DNA of 58,294 nt from Acidimicrobiia bacterium (lineage in GTDB: Bacteria > Actinomycetota > Acidimicrobiia > IMCC26256 > JACDBD01), in assembly GCA_036498645.1 (NCBI GenBank), contig DASYFC010000201.1, positions 1 to 58,294 on the forward strand, read 5' to 3'. Shown here piece after piece: positions 25,448-35,068 of this stretch. The notes below the pieces were generated by a model, which did no database searches, was not told the DNA's origin, and saw only the letters and a program-made list of their open reading frames with translations. Every line of letters starts with the position of its first letter. Positions within the stretch are counted from its first letter, which is position 1. Both the position numbers and the translations under genes were made by a program.

Positions 25448-25699
25448 ATGGAACGTGACGAAGCACTCAGCGTGCTGCGCGAGGTCGCAGTCGAGGTCCT
25501 GAGCGTCGAGCCCGACAGCGTCACCGAAGGCGCGCGCTTCAAGGAGGATCTCGACGCCGACAGCCTCGACCTCGTCGAGATGGTGATGGGCCTCGAGGAA
25601 CGCTTCGACATCTCCGTGCCTGAGGAGGATCTCGAAGGCGTGACGACCGTCGGACAAGCCGTCGACCTCGTACTGAGCAAAGTCGGCGCCGAAGCATGA
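25448..25699 (+). CDS. acpP: Acyl carrier protein
   Basis: 83 aa. Phosphopantetheine-attachment motif LDADSLDLVEMVM. Confidence 0.92.
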   Translation: MERDEALSVLREVAVEVLSVEPDSVTEGARFKEDLDADSLDLVEMVMGLEERFDISVPEEDLEGVTTVGQAVDLVLSKVGAEA

Positions 25700-26943
25700 G
25701 CGACGTCGACCAGCGTGGTCGCCCGCGCGTCGTCGTGACCGGCGTCGGCGTCAAGACGCCGGCCGGCAACGACGTGGCATCGTTCTGGGAGCAGCTCTGC
25801 GCGGGTCGGGCGAGCGCGCGCAGGATCGAGAGCTTCGACCCGACCGACTTGTCGATCACGTTCGCGGGCGAGGTCCGCGACTTCGACGCGGTCGAGTACT
25901 TCGGTCCCAAGGAGGCGCGTCGCCAGGACCGGGTCACCCAACTCGGCTTCGGCGCCGCCGCCGACGCGCTCGGTAACGCCGGCGAGCTGGGCGCCGACCC
26001 GAGTCGCTGTGCCGTGATCATCGCTACCGGCGTCGGCGGACTGCACACCCTCGAGGAGAACGAGCGGCTCTACTTCGAGAAGGGCCCGTCACGCGTCAGC
26101 CCGTTCTTCGTTCCCATGATGATGCCTAACGCGACTGCAGGCGTCGTGGCGATGCAACTGGGGTGGACGGGACCCAACCTGTGCGTCGCGACCGCGTGCG
26201 CGGCCGGTGCACACGCCATCGGCGAGGGCGTGCGGCTGATCCGCGACGGCACCGCCGACGTTGTGATGGCCGGCGGAACTGAAGCAGCCGTGACGCCGCT
26301 CACGATCGCCGCGTTCGCACGCATGGGCGCGCTCAGTTCGCGCAACGACGCGCCCGAGCGCGCGTCGAGGCCGTTCGACGCCGACCGCGACGGCTTCGTC
26401 ATCGGCGAAGGCGCCGGCTGTGTCGTGCTGGAGCCGCTGCAGCGGGCACGGGCGCGTGGTGCCACCATCTACGGCGAGGTCGCGGGGTACGGACGCAACG
26501 CCGACGCCTACCACATCACTGCACCGTCTCCCGGGGGCGCCGGCGCCGCCGTCTGCATGCAGCTCGCGCTCGAGGACGCCGGCATGGAGCCATCGGCGAT
26601 CGGGCACGTGAACGCGCACGGCACCTCGACACCTCTGAACGACGCCGCCGAAGCCGAAGCCGTCCGCAAGGTCTTCGGCGACGCCCCACCCGTGGTCACC
26701 TCGACGAAGGGCGTGACCGGACACCTGATCGGTGCGGCGGGCGCAGTCGAGGCGGTCGCGGCGCTCCTCTCGGTGCGCGAGGGCATTGTCCCGCCGACCG
26801 CGAACCTCGAGCGCGTGGGTGACGACATCGAGCTCGACGTGGTGGCGGGTTCACCGCGCGAGATCGGCGTCAAGCCGGCGATCTCCAACTCGTTCGGGTT
26901 CGGCGGCCACAACGCGAGCCTCGTACTCACCGCCGCAGACTGA
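25696..26943 (+). CDS. fabF: 3-oxoacyl-ACP synthase II (KAS II)
   Basis: 415 aa. VATACAAGAHAIG (Cys), NAHGTSTPLND (His) and SNSFGFGGHNASL. Confidence 0.95.
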   Translation: MSDVDQRGRPRVVVTGVGVKTPAGNDVASFWEQLCAGRASARRIESFDPTDLSITFAGEVRDFDAVEYFGPKEARRQDRVTQLGFGAAADALGNAGELGADPSRCAVIIATGVGGLHTLEENERLYFEKGPSRVSPFFVPMMMPNATAGVVAMQLGWTGPNLCVATACAAGAHAIGEGVRLIRDGTADVVMAGGTEAAVTPLTIAAFARMGALSSRNDAPERASRPFDADRDGFVIGEGAGCVVLEPLQRARARGATIYGEVAGYGRNADAYHITAPSPGGAGAAVCMQLALEDAGMEPSAIGHVNAHGTSTPLNDAAEAEAVRKVFGDAPPVVTSTKGVTGHLIGAAGAVEAVAALLSVREGIVPPTANLERVGDDIELDVVAGSPREIGVKPAISNSFGFGGHNASLVLTAAD

Positions 26944-26953
26944 TCGCAGCCTC

Positions 26954-28345
26954 GTGACCCCGCTGTTCTCGCCGACGCCGGCGGCGCCGGTGATGGCGCA
27001 GCGCAGCGACGCCGTCACCACCGCGCTCTCGGATCTGCACGGCCGGACCGTCAGCTGGTTCCGCCTCGACGGCGGCAAGCACCGTGGCGCGATCGGCGTT
27101 GCCGAGGGCTACGCCCTCGAGCGGGCGGTACGCCTCGGCGTCGAGCTCGGTGTCCCGATTGTCGGGGCGATCGCGACCTCGGGCGCCGACGTGGGCGAAG
27201 GTGTTGCGTCACTCCACGCCTGGGGTCGCGTGGCCCGAGCCCTGACGGACGCCTCCGGCGTCGTTCCGACCCTGCTTTCTGTCGTCGGGCCGTGCGTGTC
27301 GGGGCCCGCCCTCATGCTGGGGCTCGTCGACCAGGTCGTGATGACCGGCGACGCGTTCGCCTACGTCTCCGGTCCCGACACGGTCAGCGCGTTCACGGGC
27401 GTCCCAGTGAGCCGCGCCACGCTCGGCGGCGCGTCCGTCCACGAGCTGCGCAGCGGCGTCGCCGCCCTGATCGTCGACGACGACGCCGACGCGTTGGCTG
27501 CGATGGCGACGATCCTCGACTACCTGCCCGACCACCATCTCGACGACCCGCCGCGGGACCTCGCCGACGACCCCGTCGACCGCGATTCCGCACGGGCAGC
27601 GGCGGTCGTGCCCGACCGCCCGACGGCCTCCTACGACGTGCGCGACATCGTCGCCGACGTCGTCGACGACGGCAGCTTCTTCGAGCTGCATGCCCGCCAC
27701 GCGCCGAATCTCGTCACCGGCCTCGCGCGTGTCGGCGGACGCCCCGTCGGAGTGGTCGCGAACCAGCCCAGTCAACGGGCGGGAACGCTCGACGTCACCG
27801 CCGCTCAGAAGGGCGCACGATTCGTGCAGTGGTGCGACGCGTTCAACGTGCCGCTGATGACCTTCGTCGACACGACCGGCTTCGAGCCCGGCACCGATCT
27901 CGAATGGCGGGGAATCATCCGTCACGGAGCGCAGCTCGTGCACGCCTACGCGGCCGCCACCGTGCCGCGGCTCTGCGTCGTGATCCGCAAGGCGTACGGG
28001 GGCGCATACATCGTGATGGACTCGAAGCCGCTCGGAAGCGACTGGTACTGCGCGTGGCCGGACACCGAGATCGCCGTCATGGGCGCGGCGCCGGCGGTGC
28101 AGATCCTGCACCGGAAGCGCCTCGCCGGCATCGCCGACGAACAGGCGCGCCGCGCCGAGCAACTCGCGCTCGAGCAGGAGTACAGCGAACGGTTCTCGAG
28201 CCCGCTGCCGGCGGCCGAGCGCGGGTACGTGGACGCGGTGATCGCGCCCGTCGATACGCGCCGGACGCTGGCGGCGGCGCTGGCGCGCCTCGCCACGAAG
28301 CAGGAGAGCCCCCCGTCCCGCCGGCACTCGAACTCGCCACTCTGA
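26954..28345 (+). CDS. accD: Acyl-CoA carboxylase carboxyltransferase beta subunit (AccD6-like, short N-terminus)
   Basis: Carboxyltransferase blocks GGRPVGVVANQP, FVDTTGFEPG, RKAYGGAYIVM and ERGYVDAVI. The start is GTG at 26954 or ATG at 26993. Its position after fabF mirrors the mycobacterial fabD-acpM-kasA-kasB-accD6 operon. Confidence 0.88.
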   Translation: MTPLFSPTPAAPVMAQRSDAVTTALSDLHGRTVSWFRLDGGKHRGAIGVAEGYALERAVRLGVELGVPIVGAIATSGADVGEGVASLHAWGRVARALTDASGVVPTLLSVVGPCVSGPALMLGLVDQVVMTGDAFAYVSGPDTVSAFTGVPVSRATLGGASVHELRSGVAALIVDDDADALAAMATILDYLPDHHLDDPPRDLADDPVDRDSARAAAVVPDRPTASYDVRDIVADVVDDGSFFELHARHAPNLVTGLARVGGRPVGVVANQPSQRAGTLDVTAAQKGARFVQWCDAFNVPLMTFVDTTGFEPGTDLEWRGIIRHGAQLVHAYAAATVPRLCVVIRKAYGGAYIVMDSKPLGSDWYCAWPDTEIAVMGAAPAVQILHRKRLAGIADEQARRAEQLALEQEYSERFSSPLPAAERGYVDAVIAPVDTRRTLAAALARLATKQESPPSRRHSNSPL

Positions 28346-28359
28346 GGCAGAATCGGCGG

Positions 28360-29115
28360 ATGCTCCTCGACGGACGGCGAATCCTCGTCACGGGCGTGCT
28401 CAACGACTCGTCGATCGCGTTCGGTGTCGCGAAGTTGGCCCAGGAAGAGGGCGCCGAGGTCGTGCTCACGTCGTTCGGACGGGTGATGAGCCTCACGCAA
28501 CGGGCGGCCAAACGGCTGCCCTCACCGCCCGAGATCGTCGAGCTCGATGTCAGCAACTCGGAGGACATCGACGCGCTCGCGGGCCGCGTCGGCGGCCGCC
28601 TCGACGGCGTGCTCCACGCCATCGGGTTCGCTCCCGAATCGTGCCTGGGCGGAGGGTTCCTCACCGCGCCGTGGGAAGACGTCGCCGTCGCGCTCCAGGT
28701 TTCGGCGTACTCCCTGAAGGCGCTGGCCGTCGGCGCCCTTCCCCTGATGGGCGACGGCGGGTCGATCGTCGGACTCGACTTCGACAACACGCAGGCATGG
28801 CCCGTTTACGACTGGATGGGTGTCGCCAAGAGCGCGTTCGAGTCGACCGCCCGGTACCTGGCGCGCGATCTCGGTCCCAAGGGCATTCGGGTGAACCTCG
28901 TGTGCGCGGGGCCGATCCGCACGATCGCGGCGCGGAGCATTCCGGGGTTCGAGCAGTTCGAGTCGGTATGGGACGAGCGCGCACCGCTCGGCTGGAACAT
29001 CAAGGACACAGAGCCGGTCGCCAAGGCCTGTGTCGCGTTACTCTCTGATCTCTTCCCGGCAACGACCGGCGAGATGCTGCACGTCGACGGAGGGTTTCAC
29101 GCCATCGGCGCGTAG
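28360..29115 (+). CDS. fabI: Enoyl-ACP reductase (FabI/InhA type)
   Basis: ATG at 28360. ILVTGVLNDSSIAFGVA and the Y-x6-K block VYDWMGVAKSAFES. Confidence 0.92.
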   Translation: MLLDGRRILVTGVLNDSSIAFGVAKLAQEEGAEVVLTSFGRVMSLTQRAAKRLPSPPEIVELDVSNSEDIDALAGRVGGRLDGVLHAIGFAPESCLGGGFLTAPWEDVAVALQVSAYSLKALAVGALPLMGDGGSIVGLDFDNTQAWPVYDWMGVAKSAFESTARYLARDLGPKGIRVNLVCAGPIRTIAARSIPGFEQFESVWDERAPLGWNIKDTEPVAKACVALLSDLFPATTGEMLHVDGGFHAIGA

Positions 29116-29136
29116 GGAGCGAGAAGGTAGGGCAGG

Positions 29137-30066
29137 ATGAGACGAGTCGTGGCGATCGCCCTTCTCGGCGCGGGATCCGTGGTCGCGACCGCGCTGCCGG
29201 CTCTGGCGGGGCCGGATCAGGGAACGCTCATCATCAACGCGCACGACAAGGCCGGCGTCCCGCGCCACTTCCGATCGACGTCCGATCCTTCGGGGCTCGA
29301 CGGCGACAAGAAGCTGGTGGTCGGGCTCGACAAGCTGCAAGCGTCCGGGAGCGGCCAGTTCTCCGCCAAGGGCTTCGATGCGGTCGTCAAGCGCGCCGGA
29401 GGTCGGCCGCTCGTGGTCCTCGATCTTCGGCAGGAGTCGCACGGCTTCGTCGGCGGTACACCGGTGAGCTGGTTCGGTGTCCGCAACGCGTCGAACAGCG
29501 GCAAGTCTGCGGACCAGATCAACCGCGACGAGTCCGAGTTGCTCGCCGGAGTCGCCGGTCAGACGACGGTGACGGTCAAGGAGGTCACCAGCAAGAGCAC
29601 GGACCGTGCGATCACCGACTCGAAGGACGTGCAGCTCCCGGTGGAGTCGGTTCGGAACGAGGAGGACTTCGTTCACGGAGCCGGCGCGGCCTACACGCGC
29701 GTGTACGCCCAGGATTACCAGCCGTTCACGAACGACGAGATCGATCAGCTCGTCGCGTTCTGGCAGAACCGGCCGCCCGGCAGCTGGTTGCACGTCCACT
29801 GCGCCGCCGGCGACGGGCGCACCACCCAGGCGCTCGCCTTGTTCGACATGCTCGAGAACGCGGGCACTGTCACGCTGAAAAACATTGCCGCCCGTCAGCA
29901 TCAGCTTGGCGGGAGCGACCTGTTTGCGGTCGACTCGAAGACCTCGTGGCGTCGGGATGCCGCCATCGCCCGAGCGACACTCCTCCGTCGCTTCTACGAG
30001 TACGCAAAGGAGCACCCGCGCGGCGAGGGTGAGACCTGGTCGAGCTGGGCGGCACGCACTTCGTAG
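29137..30066 (+). CDS. Secreted protein-tyrosine-phosphatase-like phytase (cysteine phosphatase)
   Basis: Signal peptide MRRVVAIALLGAGSVVATALPALAGP. P-loop HVHCAAGDGRTT (HCxxGxGRT). The size and the motif's position near the C-terminus fit PTP-like phytases. Confidence 0.65.
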   Translation: MRRVVAIALLGAGSVVATALPALAGPDQGTLIINAHDKAGVPRHFRSTSDPSGLDGDKKLVVGLDKLQASGSGQFSAKGFDAVVKRAGGRPLVVLDLRQESHGFVGGTPVSWFGVRNASNSGKSADQINRDESELLAGVAGQTTVTVKEVTSKSTDRAITDSKDVQLPVESVRNEEDFVHGAGAAYTRVYAQDYQPFTNDEIDQLVAFWQNRPPGSWLHVHCAAGDGRTTQALALFDMLENAGTVTLKNIAARQHQLGGSDLFAVDSKTSWRRDAAIARATLLRRFYEYAKEHPRGEGETWSSWAARTS

Positions 30067-30070
30067 CGCG

Positions 30071-30535
30071 TCAGGCTTCCAGCGCCTCGGTCACCTTGGG
30101 CACCGTGGCCTTCGGGCTGACCTTGTAGAAGACATCCGCGACTTTGCCCTTCTCGTCGACGACGAACGCGGAGCGGATGATTCCCATGAAGCTCCGCCCG
30201 TACAGAGTCTTCTTCCCCCAAGTCCCCCACGCCTGCGCCACCTTGTGGTTCTCGTCGGCGAGCAGCGGGAACCCGAGGTCGTACTTCTCGTCGAACTTCT
30301 TCTGCTTCTCCGGCGTGTCGGGGCTGATGCCCACCACCTTGGCCTTGAGCTTCTTCAGGTCGGGCTCGGCGTCACGGAGTGCGCACGATTGCGTGGTGCA
30401 CCCGGGTGTGTCGGCTTTCGGGTAGAAGTAGACGACGAGCTTCTTGCCCCGAAAGTCCTTCAGCTTCACGGTCTTCCCGCGCTGGTCGCTCAGCGCGAAG
30501 TCGGGTGCTGCGTCACCGGGCTTCAACTTGGGCAT
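30071..30535 (-). CDS. bcp: Thiol peroxidase / peroxiredoxin Bcp
   Basis: 154 aa. YFYPKADTPGCTTQSC. Confidence 0.92.
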   Translation of the reverse strand: MPKLKPGDAAPDFALSDQRGKTVKLKDFRGKKLVVYFYPKADTPGCTTQSCALRDAEPDLKKLKAKVVGISPDTPEKQKKFDEKYDLGFPLLADENHKVAQAWGTWGKKTLYGRSFMGIIRSAFVVDEKGKVADVFYKVSPKATVPKVTEALEA

Positions 30536-30552
30536 GAACGCTCCTTGGAACG

Positions 30553-32160
30553 GTGGCCGAAGACGAAAGCCCTAGCATGCCGCACGTGCCTCGGCCCGTG
30601 ATCGTCACCGTCGAGGCGTCACCGCCCGAGGTCGAGGAGGTCGCGCGCGAAACACTCGGGCTGCGACGCGATGACGACGGCACGCTCACCGGATCCTTGC
30701 CCGACTGGACCGATCCGAACGCCCGCGTCCGCGTCGAGATCGCATCGGAGGACACGGGACGGACAAGGGTCTCGATCGAGATCGAGGGCACGCCTCATGT
30801 GCCGTACTTCCAGTGGTTCTTCGGCCCGCTCCTGCGCCGGGGCGAGCGGCGCACGCTGCAGCACCGGGCCGAACTTCTCGCCGCAGAGATCGAGGGGCGG
30901 CCGAAGCCACCGCCGCCGAAGCGCTCGCCACTCCTCCCCCCGGTGCCGTTCCCCGCCCGGGCGACGGCGCTGCTGGCAACAGTGGCGGCCATCGCCGCGC
31001 TCGCGAACTTCGGCGGTGCGTTGTTCGGCCAGACCGCGGACTCGGTCACGAGGACGTTCGGCGAGTCGAACCGGGGGCTCGGGCTCGCGCTGGCGGTGTC
31101 GAGAGGAGGCGTGCTCGTCTCGCTCGTCGCGACCGCGCTCGCCGACCGGCACGGGCGACGGCGCCTGCTCCTGATCTGCTTCGCGGGTGTCGGCGTCACC
31201 AACGCGTTCTCGGCGATCGCGCCGACCTTCGTCGCGTTCACCGGCGCTCAGGTGCTGACCCGGGCGTTCGTGAACGCGACGTTGGTCGTCGCCGGAATCG
31301 CGGCGATCGAGGAGGCGCCCGACGGTGCACGTGCCTACGCGTTGTCGATGCTCGCGCTTGCGTACGGCGCCGGTTTCGCGATCGCCGTCGTGCTCCTGCC
31401 CATCTCGGACCTCGCACCTCAAGCCTGGCGCATCGTCTTCGCCATCAGCGCGTTGACGATCTTGTTGCTCCCGCGTCTCGCACGCAACCTCCACGAGACG
31501 AGTCGGTACGCGGATCTCGCGAACCGAACGAGGCGCCGTGGGCAGCTCCGCGAGGTGTTCGCGAGTGTCTACGGCTTCCGGTTCGTCCTGTTGGGCCTGG
31601 CCGCGTTCCTCACGAATTTCTTCAGCGCGCCGTCCGCACAGCTCACGAACCGGTTCCTCACCGACGAGCACGGCTACTCGAACACGCTGATCGCCGTGTT
31701 CCGCGGCGTGACCGCCGGACTGCCCGGGCTGATAGGAATCGTGATCGCGGCGCGCCTCGCAGAGACGCGGGGCCGCCGCCCCGTCGCGATCGTTGCCCTC
31801 GCCGCGGCCACCATCCTCCAGATGGCGTTCTTCCTCGGGGGTGGCCTCGTTCTCTGGGTCACGGCGACGTTCGCCATCATCGCCGCCAGCTGCGCCGCGA
31901 TCGTCCTCGTCGCGTTCGATACCGAGCTCTTCCCGACCGAGGTGCGCGGTACGTCGAACGCGCTACTGCTCGTGTGCGCGGTGGTCGGGTCGGCCGCCGG
32001 GCTCCTCGTGGCGACGAATATCGACGACGTCCTCGGCGGGTTGGGGCCCGCCATCGCCGTCTGCGGCATCGCGCCGCTGCTCGCGGCGGTCTTTGTGCTC
32101 CCGTGGCTTCCGGAGCCCGCCGCTCGGACGCTCGACGAAGTCAGCCCGTCGGAGGTATGA
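30553..32160 (+). CDS. MFS transporter with an approximately 150-aa soluble N-terminal extension
   Basis: About 12 predicted TM helices from residue 150 onward (ALLATVAAIAALANFGG...). The N-terminus is charged and beta-rich (VRVEIASEDTGRTRVSIEIEG). Confidence 0.75.
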   Translation: MAEDESPSMPHVPRPVIVTVEASPPEVEEVARETLGLRRDDDGTLTGSLPDWTDPNARVRVEIASEDTGRTRVSIEIEGTPHVPYFQWFFGPLLRRGERRTLQHRAELLAAEIEGRPKPPPPKRSPLLPPVPFPARATALLATVAAIAALANFGGALFGQTADSVTRTFGESNRGLGLALAVSRGGVLVSLVATALADRHGRRRLLLICFAGVGVTNAFSAIAPTFVAFTGAQVLTRAFVNATLVVAGIAAIEEAPDGARAYALSMLALAYGAGFAIAVVLLPISDLAPQAWRIVFAISALTILLLPRLARNLHETSRYADLANRTRRRGQLREVFASVYGFRFVLLGLAAFLTNFFSAPSAQLTNRFLTDEHGYSNTLIAVFRGVTAGLPGLIGIVIAARLAETRGRRPVAIVALAAATILQMAFFLGGGLVLWVTATFAIIAASCAAIVLVAFDTELFPTEVRGTSNALLLVCAVVGSAAGLLVATNIDDVLGGLGPAIAVCGIAPLLAAVFVLPWLPEPAARTLDEVSPSEV

Positions 32161-32166
32161 AGCCCG

Positions 32167-32964
32167 ATGCCCGAGGGCTCGCTTCCGGGATTCGAGACGT
32201 CGACCTTCACGCACGACGGCGTCAGCCGGCCGGTGTTCCGCGCCGGAACCGGACCGGCCGTGATCGTGATCCACGAAGTCCCCGGCCTGCATCCGGAGGC
32301 CATTGCGTTCGGCCGGCGAGTCATCGACGCCGGATTCACCGTCTATATGCCGTCGTTGTTCGGAACCCCCGGCAAGCCGTTCGGCTGGGCGTACACGATG
32401 CGGTCGCTCGCGGGCGCGTGTGTCGCACGCGAATTCGTCACGATGGCCACCGACCGGACGAGCCCGATCATCAGCTGGATGCGACGGCTGGCCGCCGACG
32501 CGCACGCCGATTGCGGTGGGCCCGGGGTCGGGGCCGTCGGCATGTGCTTCACCGGCGGGTTCGCGCTCGGGATGATGGTCGACGAAACGATGCTGGCGCC
32601 GGTCCTCAGTCAACCGTCGCTGCCGTTCTGCGTCGGGAAGCACCGCAAGGCGTCCGTGGGGATCAGTGATGCCGACTTCGAGCGGGTGAAGGACCGGGCC
32701 GCGCACGGCGCGTGCGTGCTCGGGGTCCGGTTCAGCGCCGACCCGGCGGTGCCTCCCGAGCGCTTCGAGACCCTGCGACGCGAGTTGGGGGACGCGTTCA
32801 TCGCGGTCGAGATCGACTCGTCACGCGGGAACCCGCACGGCATCAAGCGACGGGCGCACTCGGTGCTCACGCTCGACCTCGTCGACGAGCCCGGTCATCC
32901 GACCCGAGCCGCGCTCCAGCAGGTCCTCGCGTTCCTGCAGCAGCGCCTGCTGGTACCGAGGTAG
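32167..32964 (+). CDS. Dienelactone hydrolase family protein
   Basis: 265 aa. VIVIHEVPGL and a nucleophile-elbow-like GMCFTGGFAL. Confidence 0.75.
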   Translation: MPEGSLPGFETSTFTHDGVSRPVFRAGTGPAVIVIHEVPGLHPEAIAFGRRVIDAGFTVYMPSLFGTPGKPFGWAYTMRSLAGACVAREFVTMATDRTSPIISWMRRLAADAHADCGGPGVGAVGMCFTGGFALGMMVDETMLAPVLSQPSLPFCVGKHRKASVGISDADFERVKDRAAHGACVLGVRFSADPAVPPERFETLRRELGDAFIAVEIDSSRGNPHGIKRRAHSVLTLDLVDEPGHPTRAALQQVLAFLQQRLLVPR

Positions 32965-33017
32965 AAACCTCCCGCTGGTACCGGTGACCTCCGGTGGCGC
33001 GGGAGGTCGTATCAGGC

Positions 33018-33425
33018 ATGACGTCGCTCGAGAACGCTGAAGTGTCCACCCGCCTCCCGGCCCAGGACCTCGAGCGGGCCCGTGCCTTCTACTCCCAGAA
33101 GCTCGGCCTCGAACCGCTCGAAGAACGCGAAGGCGGCCTTCGCTACCGGTGCGGGAACGGGTACTTCGCCCTGTTCCAGTCGGCCGGCCGTGCGGCCGGC
33201 GACCACACGCAGATGGCGTTCGAGGTCGAGGATCTCGAGTCAGTCGTCGCCGAGTTGCGGCGGCGCGGTGTGGTGTTCGAGGAGGTCGACGTGCCCGGTC
33301 TCCGCACCGTTGACGGCATCGCCCACATCGAAGGCAACTACCCGTCCAAGGGTGTCGGCGAGCGGGCGGGGTGGTTCCGCGACAGCGAAGGGAACCTGCT
33401 CGGCGTCGGCCAGCCCGTTCGCTGA
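33018..33425 (+). CDS. VOC/glyoxalase-family protein
   Basis: ATG at 33018 follows GGGAGG. LPAQDLERARAFYSQKLGLEP...FEVEDLESVVAELRRRGV. Confidence 0.75.
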   Translation: MTSLENAEVSTRLPAQDLERARAFYSQKLGLEPLEEREGGLRYRCGNGYFALFQSAGRAAGDHTQMAFEVEDLESVVAELRRRGVVFEEVDVPGLRTVDGIAHIEGNYPSKGVGERAGWFRDSEGNLLGVGQPVR

Positions 33426-33434
33426 GGTTGCGGC

Positions 33435-34097
33435 TCAGGTCACGGGAGAAAGACGCGCCTCACACACGACCGTGCCGTCTGCGCTGACGAGCACGACGGA
33501 ACCGGTCGCATTGCCGGGCAGGACAGCAACGCCGCCCCACGAGCCGTGTGCGTCGCGGATGTTGACGTTGCCCAGTCGCTTCGCGGTCGACCCGGTGCGG
33601 AATTCGATTCCGTAGTGGCCCGACGGCACCCCGTAGTTGACGTTGACCACGACCGACGAGGGTCTGCCGTTCGAGACGAACACGTTCCCGACGTCGACTC
33701 CGTTGGCGCCCGTCATCCGTGCCGAACGCACGTCGCTCGCCGCGGCCACGATGCGGTTCGTGTCCTGGACGCTCTCGACGACGCGCACGCCGACGATGCT
33801 TACGATCGCGGCCGCGGCGGCGGCAGCCGCGACCATGACCGCAGCGCGACGACGCATTCGTCGCCTCGGCTCTCGCAGCGCCGCGAGCACACGTTGCTCG
33901 AATCCGGGCGGTGGCTCCGATTCGGGGGCGAGGAGCGTCAATGCGTCGGCGGCCTCGGCCAGTTCACCGACGAGTGAGCGGCACGGTCCGCACTCGCTGG
34001 CGTGCTGCAGCGCCTCGGCGCGTTCGGGACCGCCCACGATCCCCAACGCCAGCTCGGGTGCGAGCTCGCGGACGTCGGCGCAGATCGGCGCGCTCAT
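33435..34097 (-). CDS. Anti-sigma factor (zf-HC2 type) with one TM helix and an extracytoplasmic domain
   Basis: N-terminal C...H-x3-C-x2-C (CADVRE...HASECGPCRSLV). TM segment AAVMVAAAAAAAAIVSIVGV. Lies 10 nt downstream of the sigma gene. Confidence 0.7.
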   Translation of the reverse strand: MSAPICADVRELAPELALGIVGGPERAEALQHASECGPCRSLVGELAEAADALTLLAPESEPPPGFEQRVLAALREPRRRMRRRAAVMVAAAAAAAAIVSIVGVRVVESVQDTNRIVAAASDVRSARMTGANGVDVGNVFVSNGRPSSVVVNVNYGVPSGHYGIEFRTGSTAKRLGNVNIRDAHGSWGGVAVLPGNATGSVVLVSADGTVVCEARLSPVT

Positions 34098-34107
34098 CGA
34101 TGCCGCC

Positions 34108-34671
34108 TCATTCGGCGCGCTCCTCGGTGAGCGCCGACCGGAGGCGCAGGAGCGCGGTGCGGATGCGGGTCTTGGCCGTACCCAGAGGGATACCCTCGGC
34201 TTCGCTCACCTCGCGGGCGGTGTGCCCGAGCAATCCGGCCATCACCAACGCCCGTCGCTGCTCGACCGGGAGCTGCGCCATCGCCGCGCTCAGGCGATCG
34301 GCGTCGTCGCGCAGCGCCGCCAGCTCGTCGGGCAGCCGTCCACCCGAGCTCAGGTTCATGGCCAGGATCGAGTCGGGATCGATGACGACCGGCCGGCGCA
34401 CCCGCACCGCATCGATCGCGAGGTTGCGGGTGATCGTCAGGAGCCAGGTCGCCACCGTCCCCCGCCGGGGGTCGTAGGCGCCGGCGTGGCGCCAGGCCCG
34501 CACGAACGCCTCCTGGGAGATGTCCTCGGCGGCTCGCGGATCGCCCACGATCGTCACCGCCAGGCCGAACACACGACGCTGGAAGCGCTGGAGGAAGGCA
34601 GCGGCCGCGTCGGGGTCCCCCGTCGCCAGGCCCGCGAGCAGCGCGTCGTCGGAGACAGCCCACATAGTCAA
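34108..34671 (-). CDS. ECF-type RNA polymerase sigma-70 factor
   Basis: 187 aa. Region 2 is DISQEAFVRAWRH...TWLLTITRNLAID. Region 4 HTH is TAREVSEAEGIPLGTAKTRIRTAL. Confidence 0.88.
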   Translation of the reverse strand: MTMWAVSDDALLAGLATGDPDAAAAFLQRFQRRVFGLAVTIVGDPRAAEDISQEAFVRAWRHAGAYDPRRGTVATWLLTITRNLAIDAVRVRRPVVIDPDSILAMNLSSGGRLPDELAALRDDADRLSAAMAQLPVEQRRALVMAGLLGHTAREVSEAEGIPLGTAKTRIRTALLRLRSALTEERAE

Positions 34672-34744
34672 TACGCTCCGGCGTCCCGCCCGGATTGGGC
34701 GCCGCCGCTGCTCACGGTAGCCCTCGCCGACGCCGGCGTCCCGG

Positions 34745-35068
34745 CTAGGGCTTGCGGAACCCGTGCCCGAAGAACCCGCCCTTGGGCCGCGCGTGGGCGT
34801 GGAAGTGATCGGGGATGTTCCGCATGTTGTCGTCTACGTAGTGCTCGACGGTCAGCTGCTCGGCAGCGATGCGGCCGAGCTGATCGAGCATGTGCTCGAG
34901 GTCCGCCGTGGACGGCTCCCGCCCGTGCTCACGCCAGACCACCATCGGGACCGCGCAGATCTCGCACTCGGCGATCCAGCAGATGTCGTCCTCGTGGTAC
35001 CACGGCGTGATCCGCGCGGCCTCGCACAGGTCGCAGTCCGGAGTCGACGGGTCGTCCACGTCCTTCAC
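34745..35068 (-). CDS. Cys-rich HIT-like small protein
   Basis: The GTG at 35068 overlaps the upstream stop (GTGA). CDLCEAA...WYHEDDICWIAECEICAVPMVVWREH...IPDHFHAHARP, i.e. two CxxC pairs plus an HxHxH histidine-triad-like motif. Confidence 0.45.
   Translation of the reverse strand: MKDVDDPSTPDCDLCEAARITPWYHEDDICWIAECEICAVPMVVWREHGREPSTADLEHMLDQLGRIAAEQLTVEHYVDDNMRNIPDHFHAHARPKGGFFGHGFRKP

Noticed and set aside
34672-34744. An 11-mer, CCGGCGTCCCG, repeated 55 nt apart upstream of the ECF sigma gene (34678-34688 and 34733-34743)
   Set aside because: It could be an autoregulated ECF promoter (GGGAC-like -35). However, the spacing to any CGT-type -10 and to the start codon does not fit convincingly, and short GC-rich repeats are common here.
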